Shown in pieces: positions 29,744-37,646 of a stretch of DNA of 40,794 bases. The stretch comes from a virus (Duplodnaviria; Caudoviricetes). The translations under genes and the position numbers were made by a program. The DNA is taken from positions 1-40,794 of IMG/VR virus record IMGVR_UViG_3300010234_000027; one strand, 5' to 3'. The notes under the pieces were generated by a model, which ran no database searches, was not told the origin of the DNA, and saw only the letters and a program-made list of their open reading frames with translations. How positions within the stretch are numbered: the stretch's first letter is position 1; each line of letters begins with the position of its first letter.

Positions 29744-30028
29744 ATGAAATCAGTAGCACAAATCGGGCAGGAAGCATTAGACAGAGAAAACAAATCATTA
29801 AAACAAAAACTTATCCCAGTACTTGGGTTTATACAATCACCAGAAATAACAGACGATATGATCGTTACAAGAGCTAGAAACCTTAGAGACGGACAATGTA
29901 CACTAGATAACATTAAGAAGGCTCTCCTGGAAGATTATGGTCAATGGAATGGCAAGGAATCAGGTATAGCAGAAGAAAACGCAGTCACGGTAGGTGAAAT
30001 TATCGATCTAATAGACTCACTTCAATAA
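29744..30028 (+). CDS. Hypothetical protein
   Basis: 94-aa ORF with AT-rich leader. Confidence 0.65.
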   Translation: MKSVAQIGQEALDRENKSLKQKLIPVLGFIQSPEITDDMIVTRARNLRDGQCTLDNIKKALLEDYGQWNGKESGIAEENAVTVGEIIDLIDSLQ

Positions 30029-30029
30029 T

Positions 30030-30224
30030 ATGAAATCATTTTTAAACTTTTTAATAACAGTATCAATTATTACATTGACATTATTCATTGTATTAAACGT
30101 AGCATGGGTATTATCAGCACAGACCGCAACATGGCAACCAGCGAGTATGCAGACATTCCTGATCATATTCCTAGCAACACTCGTATCAGGATTTGTGGGT
30201 AATTATTTAAATAATCAAGAATAG
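30030..30224 (+). CDS. Small two-TM membrane protein
   Basis: Two hydrophobic segments in 64 aa. Confidence 0.65.
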   Translation: MKSFLNFLITVSIITLTLFIVLNVAWVLSAQTATWQPASMQTFLIIFLATLVSGFVGNYLNNQE

Positions 30225-30227
30225 ACT

Positions 30228-30380
30228 ATGACTGAACCAAAACTACACATCAAATGCGACTGCGGGCAGGAGTATAAGATAAATGAAGATTTCGATATAG
30301 AGATGCCAGAGCGAGGAGAGAAGGATTCAGGCGTCACGCTTATTAACAACACAGACAGAATTATTACATTAACCTATTAA
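30228..30380 (+). CDS. Hypothetical protein (50 aa)
   Basis: MTEPKLHIKCDCGQEYKI...; tightly packed between neighbours. Confidence 0.55.
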   Translation: MTEPKLHIKCDCGQEYKINEDFDIEMPERGEKDSGVTLINNTDRIITLTY

Positions 30381-30385
30381 ATAAT

Positions 30386-30550
30386 ATGGAACAAAACAAA
30401 GCAATTCAAATTTTAGTAACTGCGGTACAATTAGCAACAACAAAAGGAGCTTTCACACTGCAAGAAGCTAAACTAATTGCAGAAGCAACAGAGGTGTTTA
30501 TGACGAAGGAGGAAACACCAGTAGAGGAGGAAGTTAAAAAGAAGAAATAA
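30386..30550 (+). CDS. Hypothetical protein (54 aa)
   Basis: MEQNKAIQILVTAVQLATTKGAFTLQEAKLIAEA...; tightly packed. Confidence 0.65.
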   Translation: MEQNKAIQILVTAVQLATTKGAFTLQEAKLIAEATEVFMTKEETPVEEEVKKKK

Positions 30551-30584
30551 TTGTAAACAAATTGTAAACAATAATTGTAAACAC

Positions 30585-30685
30585 TGCTCGCAGTGTACTA
30601 TACATACACTGCTGACTCGGAGACTTAAAAGTTGTGAAGGCTACATAGTCTCCTCTCCGTGGTTGTGCATAGTACCTTGCGAGTA
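30585..30685 (+). ncRNA. Structured intergenic element preceded by three TTGTAAACA repeats
   Basis: CTCGCA/TGCGAG, GTACTAT/ATAGTAC and GGAGACT/AGTCTCC nested stems. Confidence 0.5.
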
Positions 30686-30708
30686 ATTACACGGTAACAA
30701 ATAATATT

Positions 30709-31065
30709 ATGCAAAGAGAGATAAAATTTAGAGCTTGGAATGGGAAAAAGATGTATGAACCATTTGAACTAGAAGAATTAACATACAATCCCTGTTATGT
30801 GAAGTTAGACCCAACGGATATTGTAATGCAATACACAGGAATCAAAGACAAAAATGGAATTGAGATTTATGAGGGGGATATAGTCAAAGAATGCCAAACC
30901 GTTGCAGTTGTTGAGTATGGGAAGCATAATACAGCAGACATGGGTTACTATGGAGGGGATACGATTGGTTTCTATGGGAAGACCGTATACGAGGAGTTAG
31001 ACTTAACATATGATTGTGAGGTAATAGGTAATATTTATCAGAATCCAGAGCTAATTAACAAATAA
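30709..31065 (+). CDS. YopX family protein
   Basis: REIKFRAW...MQYTGIKDKNGIEIYEGDIV...EVIGNIYQNPEL signature. Confidence 0.92.
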   Translation: MQREIKFRAWNGKKMYEPFELEELTYNPCYVKLDPTDIVMQYTGIKDKNGIEIYEGDIVKECQTVAVVEYGKHNTADMGYYGGDTIGFYGKTVYEELDLTYDCEVIGNIYQNPELINK

Positions 31066-31069
31066 TATT

Positions 31070-31351
31070 ATGAACTACGAACTAGCAAACCAATTAAGAG
31101 AGTCTGGGTTTCCAAGACAATGGAGAGAGTCTGGGAGTGCGGAAAAGATAGATGGAAAATGGGTACGTTGTCGGGTATATAACATGCCACCCCTATCAGA
31201 ACTAATCAAGGCTTGCGGAAAGGGGTTTGACCAGTTGGAAAATACCTTTGATGGATATAGGGCTTATGGTCAACACCTAGGGGGTATATGGGCTAAATCC
31301 CCAGAAGAAGCAGTCGCAAAACTCTGGCTGGCATTACAAGATAACAAATAA
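31070..31351 (+). CDS. Hypothetical phage protein
   Basis: MNYELANQLRESGFP...PPLSELIKAC...SPEEAVAKLWLAL. Confidence 0.75.
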   Translation: MNYELANQLRESGFPRQWRESGSAEKIDGKWVRCRVYNMPPLSELIKACGKGFDQLENTFDGYRAYGQHLGGIWAKSPEEAVAKLWLALQDNK

Positions 31352-31355
31352 CATT

Positions 31356-31511
31356 ATGGATAACCAAAGTAACCGTGATGAATATCACACGAATAAGAAG
31401 CTTTTTATTGGGGATTATATCAATCATTATAGATTATTAGATTTTATCCAAAAGAAGATAGCTCTTGCGAAAGTACGAGTAGAAGAATTGGCATTACCAG
31501 AGAACAAATAA
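31356..31511 (+). CDS. Hypothetical protein (51 aa)
   Basis: ORF bounded by two AACAAATAACATTATG junction repeats. Confidence 0.55.
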   Translation: MDNQSNRDEYHTNKKLFIGDYINHYRLLDFIQKKIALAKVRVEELALPENK

Positions 31512-31515
31512 CATT

Positions 31516-31656
31516 ATGGCAAAAGAAAAATCACAATCTAAAATGGAAGGTAAGGTATATATCAAATACGTTAAAAAGGCTCTATCATGGTGTAAGACTA
31601 CATGGGAGAAAGGCATACAGAAGCAAACTTGGTCGTTAGAGAAACCAGAGGAATGA
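31516..31656 (+). CDS. Hypothetical protein (46 aa)
   Basis: MAKEKSQSKMEGKVYIKYVKK...; starts within a junction repeat. Confidence 0.55.
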   Translation: MAKEKSQSKMEGKVYIKYVKKALSWCKTTWEKGIQKQTWSLEKPEE

Positions 31657-31775
31657 AACACAGTAAATGCAAATTCTGCTCAAAAAGACTCATGCTTCCA
31701 TCGTGGAAAACATGTGATGAATGTTTAAAGGAGAATAATCTTAAATTAAATAATAAAAAATATGCAAAAAAATAA
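31653..31775 (+). CDS. Small CxxC..CxxC zinc-finger protein (40 aa)
   Basis: MKHSKCKFC...KTCDEC; ATGA overlap with the upstream gene. Confidence 0.5.
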   Translation: MKHSKCKFCSKRLMLPSWKTCDECLKENNLKLNNKKYAKK

Positions 31776-31908
31776 AGAGTTCTTAAAGAAGATAAGAGAA
31801 AACATGAAGGAGATAGAGAGGTTATCAGGTAAAAAAATTAGAGATCTGAATATGGTAGAGAGATCTCATTATTTAGATAAAATATATGGTAAAGAAATAC
31901 GAAACTAA
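31762..31908 (+). CDS. Hypothetical basic protein (48 aa)
   Basis: MQKNKEFLKKIRENM...; followed by a convergent hairpin. Confidence 0.45.
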   Translation: MQKNKEFLKKIRENMKEIERLSGKKIRDLNMVERSHYLDKIYGKEIRN

Positions 31909-31930
31909 AAACACCGTTAGGTGCTTTTTA
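31907..31930. terminator. Bidirectional terminator at strand convergence
   Basis: AAAAACACC-GTTA-GGTGCTTTTT. Confidence 0.55.
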
Positions 31931-31931
31931 A

Positions 31932-32165
31932 TTACATTAGATTTAGAGCTCTTCGTCCTCGTAGTTTACGAGTTTTACGAACGCCAGTCTTTCGATTAGT
32001 CTTAGTCTTTGTCCCTGTTGCTGTTGTACGCTGGTTTTTCAGGTCATTTTTTACAACAGCCTTTTTAACTACTGATTTACGTTTAGTATTCCGTGTCTTT
32101 GTTGTTGTTGTTGTAATAACGTCCCCTTTTCTTGATCGTTTAACTATTGTTTTTCTTTTTGCCAT
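31932..32165 (-). CDS. Highly basic Lys/Arg/Thr-rich small protein
   Basis: 77 aa with only two acidic residues; own TGTTATAAT promoter at 32175-32183. Confidence 0.65.
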   Translation of the reverse strand: MAKRKTIVKRSRKGDVITTTTTKTRNTKRKSVVKKAVVKNDLKNQRTTATGTKTKTNRKTGVRKTRKLRGRRALNLM

Positions 32166-32204
32166 AATACATACATTATAACATAAAAAAAGGAGAATAA
32201 TTTA

Positions 32205-32465
32205 CTACTCTCCCTGTTCTTCTGTAAACCGTTCATCCTCTGCGAATGTTTTCCTACCACACTTCGAGCATATGTCTATTAAATAGTGAATCGTAAAGAT
32301 ACACTTATACTCCGTCTCGTGTTTTGTAGCCTTATTGCATTTAGGACAGAATGTTTCCCAGAAGTCTTTCGGCTTCCTCTTTTTTTCTCTAGTAACCCAT
32401 CTAGTTATTAAATAAATAGACAAGAATCCCTTAAGAACAAAAAGCAGTATTACCCACCAATACAT
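32205..32465 (-). CDS. Membrane-anchored zinc-ribbon protein
   Basis: N-terminal TM segment (MYWWVILLFV...), then CPKC and CSKC. Confidence 0.6.
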   Translation of the reverse strand: MYWWVILLFVLKGFLSIYLITRWVTREKKRKPKDFWETFCPKCNKATKHETEYKCIFTIHYLIDICSKCGRKTFAEDERFTEEQGE

Positions 32466-32467
32466 AA

Positions 32468-32755
32468 TTAAGATATATAATTTCTGTGTGAGTCTAACCA
32501 TCTCCACTTGTCGATAGACATACTTTCCTCTGTAACAGGATCTACTGTTGCAATATCAAAAGCAGCCAACTCCTTATTCGCTTCCTGACAATCTAAACAT
32601 AGCTTGTAATAGAAAACGATGCTAGCACCTCCGTAGTTCTGTACCCCTCTTAATTGAAGTACGCAAACACCGATGTGCTCTCTGGTTGGACACCACTCTA
32701 ATGTAATTATCTGAAAATCTTTATCAAGAAGGGTGAGCTTCTTTTTGGTTTCCAT
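32468..32755 (-). CDS. Hypothetical protein (Cys/His motif)
   Basis: 95 aa; WCPTREH...CLDC. Confidence 0.6.
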   Translation of the reverse strand: METKKKLTLLDKDFQIITLEWCPTREHIGVCVLQLRGVQNYGGASIVFYYKLCLDCQEANKELAAFDIATVDPVTEESMSIDKWRWLDSHRNYIS

Positions 32756-32759
32756 TTAC

Positions 32760-32960
32760 TTAATTATACCACAATTTAAACAGCACCGATGCTGTAAACA
32801 TTAAAAGGCATATTAAAATAACTAAACGACATGTTAAATGGCTTGGTCTGTCTTCTTTACCAAACTTATAACCAACAACCTTGCCATAAAGATAAAATAC
32901 CATTGATGCTTCAAAAAGGTAGAATAATATAACAGGAAGTATTGCTTGTAATAAGTCCAT
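32760..32960 (-). CDS. Small two-TM membrane protein
   Basis: Two hydrophobic segments; promoter motif 6 nt upstream of the ATG. Confidence 0.6.
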   Translation of the reverse strand: MDLLQAILPVILFYLFEASMVFYLYGKVVGYKFGKEDRPSHLTCRLVILICLLMFTASVLFKLWYN

Positions 32961-32998
32961 GTTTTAATTATACCATGAAAAAACCCTCATGAGAGGGT

Positions 32999-34312
32999 TT
33001 ATACTAATGTTAGAAGTGCATACTTACCAGACTTGTACAATAAGCCGTGAGCGTTAAGCCACGAGCCAGCACCTTTGGTATAAGGTAGCTTTAAATATGT
33101 AGAAGTTCCGACAACCATACCATTTGCGTATAGCTTAGGGGTATGCTCATGTGCTGTTATCATTTTAAGATTAAACCTATCAAAAGATGACGAAGTTCCT
33201 CTTGAACCATTTAATCCACGATGCCCATGGTAATCTAGGGCAATTCCTGATACTCTATACTCTTGGTCTTCAACCAAAAAAGCAAAGTTACTCGGTATCG
33301 TACCGAACAAAGAAAGTGCCACCGCCAGTGATGCTTTCTTTTTGTTTGCCACAATATGTGGAAATAACTTACTAGCCATAACAGAGTTCTCTCCATCTAA
33401 TAGCCAGTTATGAGTTCCTAAATATCTCGTGAGAAACAAGTCATGGTTGGATTCCGATACAAGAAATTCAATCTCTGGGAATGTCTTGGAAAAGAATACA
33501 ACCTCATTAAAGACAATCTCAAGCTCTTCCTCTAGCTTGTGCCTTTTGTCTGTGATGAGCCTTGCTTTTGAGATGTGGTTACCTGCCTCATGGTGATTGA
33601 TAGAATGACCATTAAACAAATCATGGAATACGACTCTTTTAGGTTTAAGGTCTTTGATCATTTTGATCGTTCTTGCTCTTATCCGAGGATCTGTATCACC
33701 TGTGTGCCAATCGCCCAATACAAGGGCTTCTGGACGCTGTGAGAGCCTCTTACCGTTAGAGTAATACTCTGTGAGATAGTTGAATTTACCATTTTTCAAT
33801 GCTTCAACCTGATGGATCTCGAATTTCTTACGACTCTTGATTTCAACATACACAAAACCGTACTGATGCTCTAAATTAGCCTTGCGACCATGAGCGGTAT
33901 GGAGCTTGTAGTTCCCATGTGTTAATGAACCTGTGGTACAGAGAAAACGTGGGAGTTTCGATGTGTTAGGAATGGATTGATACCGTATCTTAGCACTTGG
34001 TAGAATGTACGAATGATCTCTTGATAGCTTTTTGTTAAATCCTGTTAAGGGATTAATTTGTTGAGCTGGGATCATCGTGTCGTACAGTTTTAGATTTGTA
34101 TTCAATGGCTGTCCTGTTTTAATAGGTACAAGTAATTGAATAGGGCTGTCTATAACCGTATCGTGGATTTCATTGTCGTCTTTATTTCGCCCGTTCATAA
34201 CGAAAGCGTAAATAATATCGACATGATGCAATTCAGCAAATTTCAGCATATTTTTCAACAATGCCTTGTTCACTGAAGCACCCCTCTGGATTGTTGTGAT
34301 TATATACTTCAT
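32999..34312 (-). CDS. T5 A1-like calcineurin-type metallophosphoesterase/nuclease
   Basis: GDWH, FHDLFNGHSINHH, SNHD, YHGHRGLNGSRG, AHEH and GAGSW motifs; resemblance to the A1 family is recalled from memory, not searched. Confidence 0.7.
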   Translation of the reverse strand: MKYIITTIQRGASVNKALLKNMLKFAELHHVDIIYAFVMNGRNKDDNEIHDTVIDSPIQLLVPIKTGQPLNTNLKLYDTMIPAQQINPLTGFNKKLSRDHSYILPSAKIRYQSIPNTSKLPRFLCTTGSLTHGNYKLHTAHGRKANLEHQYGFVYVEIKSRKKFEIHQVEALKNGKFNYLTEYYSNGKRLSQRPEALVLGDWHTGDTDPRIRARTIKMIKDLKPKRVVFHDLFNGHSINHHEAGNHISKARLITDKRHKLEEELEIVFNEVVFFSKTFPEIEFLVSESNHDLFLTRYLGTHNWLLDGENSVMASKLFPHIVANKKKASLAVALSLFGTIPSNFAFLVEDQEYRVSGIALDYHGHRGLNGSRGTSSSFDRFNLKMITAHEHTPKLYANGMVVGTSTYLKLPYTKGAGSWLNAHGLLYKSGKYALLTLV

Positions 34313-34440
34313 TGTTATTTTATTTTAGTTCTAATAACATTATACCTCGTCGCCCCCGTAAATATAAATAATCCTGTATGAGTGTTATTTAACACCAAGT
34401 CTATCTGCATCTTCATTATACCACATATGTTTCATGTAAC

Positions 34441-34462
34441 AAAAAAGCCAGTGGTTAAACTG
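34441..34462. repeat. AAAAAAGCCAGTGGTTAAACTG repeat, copy 1 (truncated; contains the MTase stop codon)
   Basis: 22-bp identity with the copies at 35222 and 36134. Confidence 0.9.
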
Positions 34463-35204
34463 CTTTAATTCTAGCTTCTGCGATTTTGCAGTATTCTGGG
34501 TCTAGTTCTATACCTATGAAATTTCTACCAAGTTGTAGTGCCGTCTTTCCTGTCGTTCCGCTTCCCATAAATGGGTCTAGGACAGTGTCTCCTTCGTTAC
34601 TCCAAGAGATAATGTGGTCGTGTGCTAGTTTTTCTGGAAACATTGCTGGATGTAAACCTGATGCCTCTGGTGCTTGTTCCCACACATTTGATTTGACTTT
34701 AGTTTCTCCACAAATATTTTCGTTTCTTGTGAGTGTTCCGTCATCTGTTTTTTGGATAGCTCTTTTAATTAACTTTCCTGCATTCTTAGTCGGAATCCTA
34801 ATCATATTGGAACTATTTGGCTTTCTTTTACTGAAAATAAACATATATTCAAATCCTTGCTCGTATCTTGGATGACTCCTTGGTATTGGATTAGGTTTAT
34901 TCCAAATCATAGTATCATGTAAATTAAATCCACAATCTTTAGCCCATAATGCTTGTTTAAAAGATGTACCTGTTTCACTTCCTTTGATTGTAGCATCACC
35001 AACTACCCAAACAACAACACCACCATCTTTGGTTACTCTATACAATTCTTTGATAGTATCTTTCCATACATCTTCATTCCATAATTCATTGTTTCCGTTG
35101 TATGTTCTTAGATTGTCATACGGAGGTGATGTAACAGTTAAATCAATAGTGTCTTTATCCATTTTTTTTAATTCAGTTACGCAATCACCGTTTATTATTT
35201 TCAT
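34455..35204 (-). CDS. DNA methyltransferase, N4-C/N6-A beta class
   Basis: TSPPY, HPAMFP and VLDPFMGSGTT motifs; likely start MKIINGDC at 35204. Confidence 0.93.
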   Translation of the reverse strand: MKIINGDCVTELKKMDKDTIDLTVTSPPYDNLRTYNGNNELWNEDVWKDTIKELYRVTKDGGVVVWVVGDATIKGSETGTSFKQALWAKDCGFNLHDTMIWNKPNPIPRSHPRYEQGFEYMFIFSKRKPNSSNMIRIPTKNAGKLIKRAIQKTDDGTLTRNENICGETKVKSNVWEQAPEASGLHPAMFPEKLAHDHIISWSNEGDTVLDPFMGSGTTGKTALQLGRNFIGIELDPEYCKIAEARIKAV

Positions 35205-35221
35205 ATAATTTATTCTACCAT

Positions 35222-35248
35222 AAAAAAGCCAGTGGTTAAACTGGCTAG
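35222..35248 (-). repeat. 27-bp hairpin/terminator repeat, copy 2
   Basis: AGCCAGT-TTAACC-ACTGGCT plus T-run on the minus strand; identical to 36134-36160. Confidence 0.9.
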
Positions 35249-35422
35249 CGTAATAAAAAACACCATTACGGTGTAATTTATTCCTCCTCATGAATTTATT
35301 GATTATATTATCCATTACTTGCAGGTACAGGCTCGGCAGGAACAGCTCGGTCTTTTTGATTTACCGTGTCCAAGTTTACAAGCATTGGGATATTTCTATT
35401 TTATAGACTTGTTTTTTTCGGT

Positions 35423-35770
35423 CTATTGAATTAACCACCTATTCATTTCTTTCATTTCAAACATTCCTTTTTCTAAATGTGGTGTGAATACATATGGTGT
35501 ACCTGATTTTTTGAAATACATTGTTATTTCTCCTTTTTCATTTTCATCAAAAACATTATATTCCTTATGCTCTATAGACATTCTATACTCTCTTTTTTCA
35601 TTTAGACTTGTTTTACTTCTTGTGTTATTTACATAATCCCAAAAAGGATTTGAAAACCAAGGCTCATCTAAACTTTTGAAGGTGATAGTTTTTTCTGTTC
35701 TTTTGGTTTTGTAGAAACCTCCATAATGCCAAGTGCCATCACCCCATAAATATCTCATTTTATAAATCAT
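35423..35770 (-). CDS. Hypothetical protein
   Basis: 115 aa; 4-nt overlap with the HTH gene. Confidence 0.65.
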   Translation of the reverse strand: MIYKMRYLWGDGTWHYGGFYKTKRTEKTITFKSLDEPWFSNPFWDYVNNTRSKTSLNEKREYRMSIEHKEYNVFDENEKGEITMYFKKSGTPYVFTPHLEKGMFEMKEMNRWLIQ

Positions 35771-36096
35771 ACATTTTGCTCAGCTTCGCAAAATACACAT
35801 CTCATATTTTTACCGTTACACAACATAAATCTTGTATCAGAACATATGCGACAGTTTATTTCATCTGCTTCATCTTTTAAGAACCATTCCATAGGTTTAT
35901 CAAAAGCGATACTTATTTTATGCAGATTTTCGACTGATATTTTACGCTTTCCATCTTCAATAAGTGAAACGGGTACACTTGATTTATATCCTAATAATTC
36001 AGCAACTAATAATTGTGATACACCTTTACTATCACTATTAATTGATGGGATCTCATTTCTTGCTTTTTTAATATTTTTTCCGATTATTTTATCCAT
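35767..36096 (-). CDS. XRE-family HTH regulator with C-terminal CxxC..CxxC
   Basis: IGKNIKKAR...SQLLVAELLG...VSLIEDGKRKISVENLHKIS; CRIC and CVFC at the C-terminus. Confidence 0.85.
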   Translation of the reverse strand: MDKIIGKNIKKARNEIPSINSDSKGVSQLLVAELLGYKSSVPVSLIEDGKRKISVENLHKISIAFDKPMEWFLKDEADEINCRICSDTRFMLCNGKNMRCVFCEAEQNV

Positions 36097-36133
36097 ATTG
36101 ATATATTAACATTATCAGAATAAAAATGCAATA

Positions 36134-36160
36134 AAAAAAGCCAGTGGTTAAACTGGCTAG
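36134..36160 (-). repeat. 27-bp hairpin/terminator repeat, copy 3
   Basis: Identical to 35222-35248. Confidence 0.9.
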
Positions 36161-36199
36161 TAGATTTCCTCCTTCCTTTTAAATTGTGGAATAATGTGC

Positions 36200-36355
36200 C
36201 TAGATAGTAAGCCTACGATAAGTTGATACTCCAACGAGTATTCCAAATACTACTGTGAGCATTGGTTTATCGGCTACTGAGGCTAGAATTGTTGCCGAAC
36301 TAGATAGTAAGGCAATGACCGTGAGCAACAGCTTGGTTTTTGCTTTTTTTGACAT
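36200..36355 (-). CDS. Small two-TM membrane protein (51 aa)
   Basis: MSKKAKTKLLLTVIALL...; likely start 36355. Confidence 0.55.
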   Translation of the reverse strand: MSKKAKTKLLLTVIALLSSSATILASVADKPMLTVVFGILVGVSTYRRLTI

Positions 36356-36362
36356 AATTTCT

Positions 36363-36440
36363 TTACCAATCGCAATCACCATTACCACAGGGAAGCCCTG
36401 TAACAGGTTTATTGCATGTTGTACAAAATTCTTTTTTCAT
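36363..36440 (-). CDS. 25-aa Cys-rich micro-protein
   Basis: MKKEFCTTCNKPVTGLPCGNGDCDW with the TAATATTATG leader seen on other genes here. Confidence 0.45.
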   Translation of the reverse strand: MKKEFCTTCNKPVTGLPCGNGDCDW

Positions 36441-36603
36441 AATATTAAGTTTTAAAAATGGGGAAGCGGTTTCTTTACACCCTCCCCCGTGTGAAGCACC
36501 GACGTCGGTAGCGATTCCTGCCCGATGCAACGATATCGTAGGTACCCTAACAGCTCTCCTTTATACAGTGGGTTTTTCGGGGTTCCTGGTTTGGTACCCT
36601 CTA

Positions 36604-36912
36604 CTATGAACCCTTTTTCGGATCTTCTAATTCATCTGTTTCTTGGTGTGCTCCTATTGATACTATCTTTCCGTAACGAAGTTCTACCCTGTTACCGTTA
36701 TCAACTAAGAATGCTCCACAACCGAGAGCAGCACAATAGCCCATAGCCCCAACCTCTGGGTCTTCGATTACTATATATAAAGATTTACCTTCTGGTACTC
36801 CTCTCCATTCAATTCTTCGGAAGTTAATGATTCCGTGTTCAAGCCACCCTTCCCATTGTAGTTTAGAGTGATCTTTTTCGCATGTTTCGCAATATTCATT
36901 TCTCATGACCAT
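36604..36912 (-). CDS. Hypothetical protein (Cys motifs)
   Basis: 102 aa; CETC and CAALGC. Confidence 0.55.
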   Translation of the reverse strand: MVMRNEYCETCEKDHSKLQWEGWLEHGIINFRRIEWRGVPEGKSLYIVIEDPEVGAMGYCAALGCGAFLVDNGNRVELRYGKIVSIGAHQETDELEDPKKGS

Positions 36913-36933
36913 CTATTTAATTGTTACCACCAA

Positions 36934-36984
36934 TATTGGCAGTGTAGAGGATACCTACGTCAATATCCTCTACACTAACAACAA
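36934..36984 (-). ncRNA. Stem-loop homologous to the 29620-29721 element
   Basis: Perfect 13-bp AGTGTAGAGGATA/TATCCTCTACACT stem with shared TTGTTGTT and ACACTGCCAATA flanks. Confidence 0.6.
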
Positions 36985-37085
36985 AGTTAGTGTCTCTTCT
37001 AATCTAAACCGCCAATATGTCCGCATATAATACCACCTTGCGACAGTATAATGTCCGAAACATCTCGCACCTGTTCATGGGCTTA

Positions 37086-37553
37086 TTATATAATACCTAT
37101 CAATTCACTGCAAGACCACCAAGACTGGTGTCCTTTAGAAATATGATAAGCAAGAAATTCGATAGATAGTTCTGGATCTTTAGCCATTTCCTCTGTGACT
37201 TTTTCTCCCTGCCAGGTATGACCAGCAGGCAGGTGAATCTGAACTAAGCCAAAACTCTTTTCTCGCTCGCCAACTTCACCCCACTCTGGGTGTCTGTCTA
37301 TTTGCCCCGTAGAGTATCGGTGAAGTGATTGTTTCGTCGGATCATAGTTTCCGTTTTCACAGTCTATTATTCTCGAAATTTGAATTGTTTTTATTTGGTA
37401 TTTCTGAGCGTATTTTTCCATCATAGGAATATAATGTTCCTTTCCGATGGGTAGTTCTTCCTGTACAAGGATCTCCGCTTGGGAGTAGTGTGTCGTATTT
37501 GGAATAGCAATAAGACCCATTATAACAAATAGTGTTATTTTAAATATTTTCAT
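37086..37553 (-). CDS. Lytic transglycosylase (SLT)-like protein with N-terminal signal/anchor
   Basis: IIDCEN (catalytic-Glu position), SFGLVQI, AKDPELSI, SWWSC. Confidence 0.7.
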   Translation of the reverse strand: MKIFKITLFVIMGLIAIPNTTHYSQAEILVQEELPIGKEHYIPMMEKYAQKYQIKTIQISRIIDCENGNYDPTKQSLHRYSTGQIDRHPEWGEVGEREKSFGLVQIHLPAGHTWQGEKVTEEMAKDPELSIEFLAYHISKGHQSWWSCSELIGII

Positions 37554-37646
37554 ATTGTGTCCTTTTGAAGTTCCAAGTATGTCTGCTTTTGTCATGTCTC
37601 ATTATGGACAACCTCATTATAACACTAATGTCTTCCTTACACCTAT

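Noticed and set aside
35310-35425. Stop-codon reassignment (TAG readthrough into a Cys-rich tail)
   Set aside because: Long genes are intact in the standard bacterial code, and TAG/TGA end several genes at sensible positions, including the capsid; more likely a remnant or chance.
35767-36096. Lysogeny module (CI repressor plus integrase)
   Set aside because: No integrase or divergent cro arrangement is seen; the XRE gene sits in a repeat-bounded accessory cassette.
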